From: Macrostomum lignano
Lineage: Eukaryota
Direction: 5' to 3'
DNA: 64,000 nucleotides
NCBI GenBank assembly: GCA_002269645.1
Contig: NIVC01002404.1
Coordinates: 1-64,000, forward strand
The notes under the pieces are model-generated. The model did not search any database. It worked only from the letters and a program-made list of their open reading frames with translations, and had not been told where the DNA came from. Of the stretch, positions 57,199 through 64,000 are shown piece by piece (positions within the stretch are counted from its first letter, which is position 1; each line of letters opens with the position of its first letter). A program made the translations under genes and the position numbers.

Positions 57199-57985
57199 GG
57201 GACTTCGGAGATGTATAACGAATGCCCAACCAAACGTGTTTCACTGAACGAATTGCACGCTTTGACTTGTCTTCAACGGTTGAAAGGTTTTGAATCCATT
57301 GAAAAATAGGAAAAATATTATGTTAGTTAGCCGGTCCGTCGACAATTTAGACGTTGGGCACATATTTTTGATTACTTCTTTCAAAACTGTTTTCAATGCC
57401 TTTGCTGTGAACTGAGACTCACCTCTTTTCCGCGAAACGCTACTCGATTTCTCTGCTCAAAAAGAGGCTTTAGCTAAAGTGATCCATAGTTTAGTCTCTG
57501 CCGCTTTGAATGCCAACATTTCAGTTTTTCGCTTCAATTACTTCTTCAAACTATTAGAAATTCGTTTTGAGTAGATGTATCTAGCCAGAAAATAGCTTTG
57601 GGGATCTGTAGAGGCAGAAATTATTTCTTAAACGTGTTACAACGTACAGTGATAAGTATATATTTGTAAACGTAAGAATATATATTTATATTTTTTTTCA
57701 ATAATCTTTTGTGGCCGTTTTCACTGGTTATAACACGATATTTTTCACAGCACGTTTTTGAATTGAATACAGACCAAAAGCGTATACAGCTACTAACAGG
57801 GGCACATAACGAAGTAGTATATATAAACGACAAACATTGGCCACGATAGGGAAAACATGGACGAGACGGGGCATTTCACAGACAACTCTAATGCTGACAA
57901 AAGCACAGTAGGGTTATATAGTTATGAACTTTTGAAACTCAGATTTACACTTGAGCTACCCAATCTTGCACCCTAGCAACCAGGG

Positions 57986-60900
57986 TCAAAGTAACACGCA
58001 GAAACGCGACTTCCCCGTGGTGGCTCCGGAGGTTCGGTCGGAGCCTCGGTCGTTCGGTTCCGTGTTGTCGTTCTGCCAAACAGAGAAATTGTTGTTGCCG
58101 TTGCTGCTGCTGTCTTGGACGTAACTGCTTTTGCGAGTAATCAATGCTGTTGTGGCGGCCGCTGCAGTCTTGTTGCCCTTCGTCGTACCACCGTTCGACT
58201 TGCCTGTCGCAACACGCGACGCTGGCTGCTGCTGCTGCTTCTGACTTCGCCTGCCGGCCCCGACGGCGCTTCCGCCAGTCGACGTGGCGGCCGAAGCCGC
58301 CAAACTTCTGTGCTGTTCCTTCTGTCTGTCCTCCTGCAGCTGGAACATCCGGGTGACAGTCAGGGGTGCCCCGAAGCCGCCGCGTCGATGCACCGGAGTT
58401 ACGGCTTCCGCACTGCAGCTGATCACGTCTGGTGGGACGATCGAGCCTGGACGGGTCAGGGTTGCAGGCAGGCGGGGTGATTGAGCCTGGACAGGGTCAG
58501 GGTTGCAGGCAGGCGGGGTGATTGAGCCTGGACAGGGTCAGGGTTGCAGGCAGGCGGGGTGATTGAGCCTGGACAGGGTCAGGGTTGCAGGCAGGCGGGG
58601 TGATTGAGCCTGGACAGGGTCAGGGTTGCAGACAGGCGGGGTGATTGAGCCTGGACAGGGTCAGGGTTGCAGGCAGGCGGGGTGATTGAGCCTGGACAGG
58701 GTCAGGGTTGCAGTCAGGTTTCAAAGAGCTCAAACCTGCTGTAGTGGTCCGCGATCCTTTAGCACCGCCGCCTCCACTGCCTCCGCTGTCTCCGCTGTCT
58801 CCACCGCCTCCGCCGCCGCCGCCCCCGACGTGAGAGAAGGCGACCGGGAGATCCGCGAACCGTTGATCGATGCCGCTGCCGAGGCCATAGTTGAAGCCGC
58901 CTCCGTGGCCGATGCCGCTTTCAACGGCTCGACGCTGCTGCAGGCAGGCGCCCCTGGGATGATGAGGCCGGTAGGATCTGGAGAATGCGGCTTTCCAGCC
59001 TCACAGTCCAGTGTCTCACAGTCCAGTGTCTCACAGTCCAGTGTCTCACAGTCCAGTGCCTCACAATCCAGTGTCTCACAGTCCAGTGTCTCACAGTCCA
59101 GTATCTCACAGTCCAGCGTCTCACAGTCCAGTGTCTCACAGTCCAGCGTCTCTCAGTCCAGTGTCTCACAGTCCAGCGTCTCACAGTCCAGTGTCTCACA
59201 GTCCAGTGTCTCACAGTCCAGCGTCTCACAGTCCAGTGTCTCACAGTCCAGCGTCTCTCAGTCCAGTGTCTCACAGTCCAGCGTCTCACAGTCCAGTGTC
59301 TCACAGTCCAGTGTTTTACAGTCCAGTGTCTCACAGTCCAGTGTCTCACAGTCCAGTGTCTCACAGTCCAGTGTCTCACAGTCCAGTGTCTCACGCTCAC
59401 CTGTGCAGGCTGAGCAGGGTGATTCGCTCTCCCAGCTCCAGTCTAGCCGCAATCCTTCTACCATCCCGCGTCATGAAGAATTCGCTGACAGGCGCATGGG
59501 TGCTCAACGAAGTCACCTTGGTGAAGTCGATGAGACTCCACACGAAGAAGGTGCCGTCCATGCCGCCGCTTACAGCGTATTGATCGTCGGTGGTGAGCCG
59601 CAGTCCGGTGACCAGTGCGTCGTGGGCCTGGCAGGATGCCAGCTGCAATCCGCTAATGTAGTTCCACAGGACCAGACGACCGTCCTGACCGCCAGACACC
59701 ACACGAAGAAGGTTGCAAGTCATGCGAGCCTGACTGACCATTTCGGAGTGACCGTCGACCAGGACCTGCAGAGTTGGTGTTTATTGGTGACCATTGCTGA
59801 TATACTGGTGTGTTTATTGGTGACCATTGCTGATATGCTGGTGTGTTTATTGGTGACCATTGCTGGTATGCTGGTGTGTTTATTGGTGACAATTGCTGAT
59901 ATGCTGGTGTGTTTATTGGTGACCATTGCTGATATGCTGGTGTGTTTATTGGTGACCGTTGCTGGTATGCTGGTGTGTTTATTGGTGATAATTGCTGATA
60001 TGCTGGTGTGTTTATTGGTGACCATTGCTGGTATGCTGGTGTGTTTATTGGTGACCATTGCTGGTATGCTGGTGTGTCTATTGGTGACCATTGCTGATAT
60101 GCTGGTGTGTTTATTGGTGACCATTGCTGATATGCTGGTGTGTTTATTGGTGACCATTGCTGATATGCTGGTGTGTTTATTGGTGACCATTGCTGGTATG
60201 CTGGTGTGTTTATTGGTGACCATTGCTGATATGCTGGTGTGTTTATTGGTGACCATTGCTGATATGCTGGTGTGTTTATTGGTGACCATTGCTGATATGC
60301 TGGTGTGTTTATTGGTGACCATTGCTGATATGCTGGTGTGTTTATTGGTGACCATTGCTGGTATGCTGGTGTGTTTATTGGTGACCATTGCTGATATGCT
60401 GGTGTGTTTATTGGTGACCATTGCTGATATGCTGGTGTGTTTAGTTGTTTTTAATGAAAAAAAATTTTAACAAAAAGAAATAAGCCCTTAGTTCCGTGTT
60501 ACAAAATCCTAAGTCTTCAGCACTAAGCAACTGCTGCTGGAAAAAGTACAGCATGCAACATTTCCCTCTCGCTGCTATTAATTATTCTTCTTTCATTTTG
60601 AAGTCTGTCAAAGACTAACGAAGCAAATTTAAAATCCAATCAATTAGCCTGAATCACCTGAAATCACATGCTTTTATCGACGGATCCTGTTAATTTTTTA
60701 TTGGCTTTTTCGCTTTCCAAATTTAAGGATTGCAAGCCTTTTACATACCGGTAATTAATGGATTGATGTATTGAATCACGAGTGAAACTAGATTAATCTA
60801 TCAAATCACAGGTGTGAATAGGTGAGACTAGATCAACCTATCGGATCACAGGTGAGACTAGATCAACCTATCGGATCACAGGTGAGACTAGATCAACCTA

Positions 60901-63900
60901 TCGGATCACAGGTGAGACTAGATCAACCTATCGGATCACAGGTGAGACTAGATCAACCTATCGGATCACAGGTGAGACTAGATCAACCTATCGGATCACA
61001 GGTGAGACTAGATCAATCTACTGAATCACAGGTGAGACTAGATCAATCTACCGAATCACAGGTGAGACTAGATCAATCTACCGAATCACAGGTGAGACTA
61101 GATCAATCTACCGAATCACAGGTGAGAATAGATAAATATAGGCCGAATCACAGGTGAGAACTGACACACCTGGGTCAGTGAACCGTCTGCAGCGCGCCAG
61201 ACCTTCAGGGACGAGTCCTGCCCACCCGTGATGACGTAGGTGCCGTCGGGACTGAATGCCAGACAGCCGATGCCCCTCTGTCCGTGGCTCAACGTATTCA
61301 AAAGTTGGCCATCTGTGGCGTCCCACAGGTAAGCGAGGCGGTCGTCTCCGCTGAGCACGAGCTGGCTAGACGGGTAGCACTTGAGCAGGCTGGTGTTGCA
61401 TCTGGCCAAACAGGCAGAAATTGTTGAATAAATTTGCCTAATAAATTCAGCTCTGACAGCAGATCAACTTTGTCCTAGTTGCTTAATTCCTCAGGGAGAT
61501 TGTCTCTTTGAAATTTCCTCTTTTGAAATTTCCCGCTGAGATTTCGTCACGAAAACTTCCTAGCGAGATTTACCAAGTGAGTTTTTTATTAGAATCTTAG
61601 GCTTATTTAGCGTGATGCTGCATTACTTTCCCTGAGTGAGACTTTTTAACTTCTTTAATTCTTTTAAATCCCTCATTAGCGCCCTAAAGGACTGTACCTT
61701 TTTTCCCTAAAAATCCGAATTAAGCCTAAAATTTCAGACTTGCACACTGGGATCTGGGATCGAGGATCTGGGATCGAGGATCTGGGATCGAGGATCTGGG
61801 ATCGAGGATCTGGGATCGAGGATCTGGGATCGAGGATCTGGGATCGAGGATCTGGGATCGAGGATCTGGGATCGAGGATCTGGGATCGAGGATCTGGGAT
61901 CGAGGATCTGGGATCGAGGATCTGGGATCGAGGATCTGGGATCGAGGATCTGGGATCGAGGATCTGGGATCGAGGATCTGGGATCGAGGATCTGGGATCG
62001 AGGATCTGGGATCGAGGATCTGGGATCGAGGATCTGGGATCGAGGATCTGGGATCGAGGATCTGGGATCGAGGATCTGGGATCGAGGATCTGGGATCGAG
62101 GATCTGGGATCGAGGATCTGGGATCGAGGATCTGGGATCGAGGATCTGGGATCGAGGATCTGGGATCGAGGATCTGGGATCGAGGATCTGGGATCGAGGA
62201 TCTGGGATCGAGGATCTGGGATCGAGGATCTGGGATCGAGGATCTAGACAGCTAGCCACTTACTTGATAACCAGACGAACTTCAGCGCTGGCCAGCTCCT
62301 GCTGACGTCCTTCAGTTGACGCAGCCGCTGGCCTGGCCGCCGCGGCAGCAGCAGCAGCATCGAGACACCAGATTCGAACCTCGTCGCCAGAGTCGGCGGT
62401 GAGGAGAGCAGCTCCGCCGCTGCCACTGCCGCTGCTGCCGCGCAGGAAGTAGGCCGCCCGGACCGGCCGGCGGTGCCCCGGCAGCTGCAGCGCCGGCCAC
62501 AGCGAGTCGCCGAGTCGCCAGAGTCGGCAGGCGGTGTCAGTGCTGGCGGACAGCAGCCAGTGCGCGTCCCCGCTCAGCCGGACGCAGGAGACGCTGGCCG
62601 GATGGCCGCGCACGGAGTCGACGAGGGCGGCGCTCTCCAGCTGCCACAGCTGCAGGACGCCGTCCACGGAGCCGGTGACAGCCAGCTGGCCGTTGTGGCT
62701 CAGGTGGCAGCAGGTGATCAGCGAGTCTTGGCGCTCTTCAACAGCTGCTGGCGCGTCCGGCTCGGACTGCTGGTCGATCTCCAGGTTCCAGTAGCGGACC
62801 GAGTGCTGAAGGATGTTTGGTCAGATGCACTCAGCGATAGGTCGAAGGGCAAATCCAAGGCGACAGCCAACCCGTAGCTACGAGCGGACCCCCTGAACAC
62901 GCGCACTTACTTTCAATCACAATGACTGTCTCGACACTAGTGTAAAGAGGCAGACTCAGGCATTGCAGTGAATCGCAAAACAAGCCTCATGAATCCGATC
63001 TACTCAGCACCTACTCAGCACTCCGTTCTCCTATTTAGGACTGAACCAACTTTTTATACAGAAATCGATAAACTTGTCCATTGCACGCAATCATAGATAT
63101 ATACATACAATGAGGCAGGATTCAAAGGTGTTGTAGCCTAGTCGTTAGAGCGTCGGACCCACTCGGAACAATTTGTGTCCTTGAGCAAGGCACTTAACTC
63201 TGCATTGCTTCAGTTCACCCAGCTGTAAAATTGGTGCCAGCATTAGCTGAGGTGATTGAGGCTGGTGGCGACCCCCCCTTAAGTCCTTGGGACTAAACAG
63301 CCGTACGCAGCCTAAAAAAAGCAACACATAGCTTTGCTCACCTTCTGCCCAATGATAATGTAGTTGCCATCCGGGGTCGCTTTCACGGCTAGCACCGGGC
63401 CGCCGTGCTCCCCGGGGAAGTGGCACCGGGTCTCTCTGGTGAAGATGTTCACCACCAGAGTCTGCCCGTCTGAGCAGCCCAGCACGGCGTGTTTGGCATC
63501 GGCTGTCACCGTCATGGCTGTGACCTTGTCGCTGACGCTGTCCATCTCGTGGATGTGAGCCCCGGTGGCGATGGACTTCACCAGGACGCGACCATCGGCG
63601 CAGGCCACCAGCAGGAAGGTGGACTCGGCGCTGAGGCAGACGCAGCTGACGGGACTCATCAGATCGTCGAACGTCATCATCGGACTCAGGTCGCTGAAGT
63701 ACCAGACTTTCACTTTGAAATCGTCGCCGCCGCTGATCAACAGCGAGCAGCTGGCGTTAATAGCGACGGCGCGGACTTGGCTTGCGTGGCAGGCCAAGTT
63801 CAGCTCAACGATGAGTCCCGATACGCGGACCTTCGCGATGGAACCGTCGGCTGAACCAGATACCAGGTAGCGACCGCACCGGCTCAGGTGCAGGGTCAGC

Positions 63901-63918
63901 ACCGGCTTGGGGTGTAGA
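57986..63918 (-). CDS. 3' part of a large WD40-repeat protein (possibly NACHT/WD NWD-like); exons 63918-63342, 62805-62264, 61401-61170, 59765-59401, 58977-58736, 58428-57986; continues off the right end
   Basis: Many GH...WD-type repeats (LVSGSADGS, ISGGDDFKVKVW, LLSASTDTACRLW, ITGGQDSSLKVW, VSGGQDGRLVLW). All junctions are phase-consistent. The protein ends SRFCVLL*. Confidence 0.88.
58440..58712. repeat. 41-bp minisatellite (GATTGAGCCTGGACAGGGTCAGGGTTGCAGGCAGGCGGGGT) in a WD gene intron
   Basis: Six to seven copies. Confidence 0.95.
59000..59392. repeat. 15-bp minisatellite (CAGTCCAGTGTCTCA) in a WD gene intron
   Basis: About 26 copies. Confidence 0.95.
59785..60440. repeat. 33-bp minisatellite (GGTGACCATTGCTGATATGCTGGTGTGTTTATT) in a WD gene intron
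   Basis: About 20 copies. Confidence 0.95.
60810..61155. repeat. 30-bp minisatellite (CAGGTGAGACTAGATCAACCTATCGGATCA) in a WD gene intron
   Basis: About 11 copies, in two variant blocks. Confidence 0.95.
61748..62245. repeat. Perfect 14-bp minisatellite (TCTGGGATCGAGGA) in a WD gene intron
   Basis: About 35 identical copies. Confidence 0.97.
63127..63320 (+). mobile_element. tRNA-derived SINE-like element with a CORE-like central domain, antisense in a WD gene intron
   Basis: tRNA-like head GGTGTTGTAGCCTAGTCGTTAGAGCG. Central GTGTCCTTGAGCAAGGCACTTAACTC...TTCAGTTCACCCAGCTGTAAAATTGG resembles the MIR/CORE domain. Short A tail at 63314-63320; B box not evident. Confidence 0.6.
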
Positions 63919-64000
63919 CTGTGGAGATCAGGAAGGTGTACGTTAGGCATGCACTTTTACTCGAGGCTAAGGTTAGTGTGCGATGAAGCATGAATGAGAT

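Noticed and set aside
58686-60470. 594-aa plus-strand ORF
   Set aside because: Antisense to WD40 exons, stitched through two minisatellites; no domain content.
60822-62259. (QVRLDQPIGS)n and (DPRSQIL/GSGIEDL)n ORFs
   Set aside because: Translations of the 30-bp and 14-bp repeats.
63919-63950. ATG at 63950 as the WD40 gene start
   Set aside because: The segment reads as an intron end (CTAAC branch point, pyrimidine tract, CAG), so the gene most likely continues beyond the window.

Overview
Eukaryotic (animal) genomic DNA with GT-AG introns, GC-rich exons and introns filled with minisatellites. The architecture suggests a free-living flatworm such as Macrostomum, but that is inference. Reconstructed genes, left to right: a ZNFX1-like helicase 5' part (-, runs off the left end, apparent frameshift), casein kinase II alpha (-), CCDC113 (+), EXOSC3/RRP40 (-), an ELAC1-type tRNase Z (-), DCAF13 (-), a small unknown ORF (+), a Ser/Arg/Lys-rich unknown gene (+) and the 3' part of a large WD40 gene ending in a CaaX box (-, runs off the right end). 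The centre (33466-49995) is a near-identical head-to-tail dimer of a Ty3/Gypsy LTR retrotransposon with three LTRs, one TAAG target-site duplication, a GGGAAAC -1 frameshift, a tRNA-Leu-like PBS and a third, non-env ORF that has its own GC-box/TATA promoter. Also present: a decayed PIF/Harbinger transposon, several foldback/MITE-like elements, a tRNA/CORE-like SINE and a 2.4-kb CpG-free island. Best leads: the retrotransposon's separately promoted ORF3, a tRNase Z lacking its tRNA-binding flexible arm and possibly its own in-frame start codon, and a candidate trans-spliced operon of three RNA-processing genes. All exon coordinates were derived by hand; no database searches were run.
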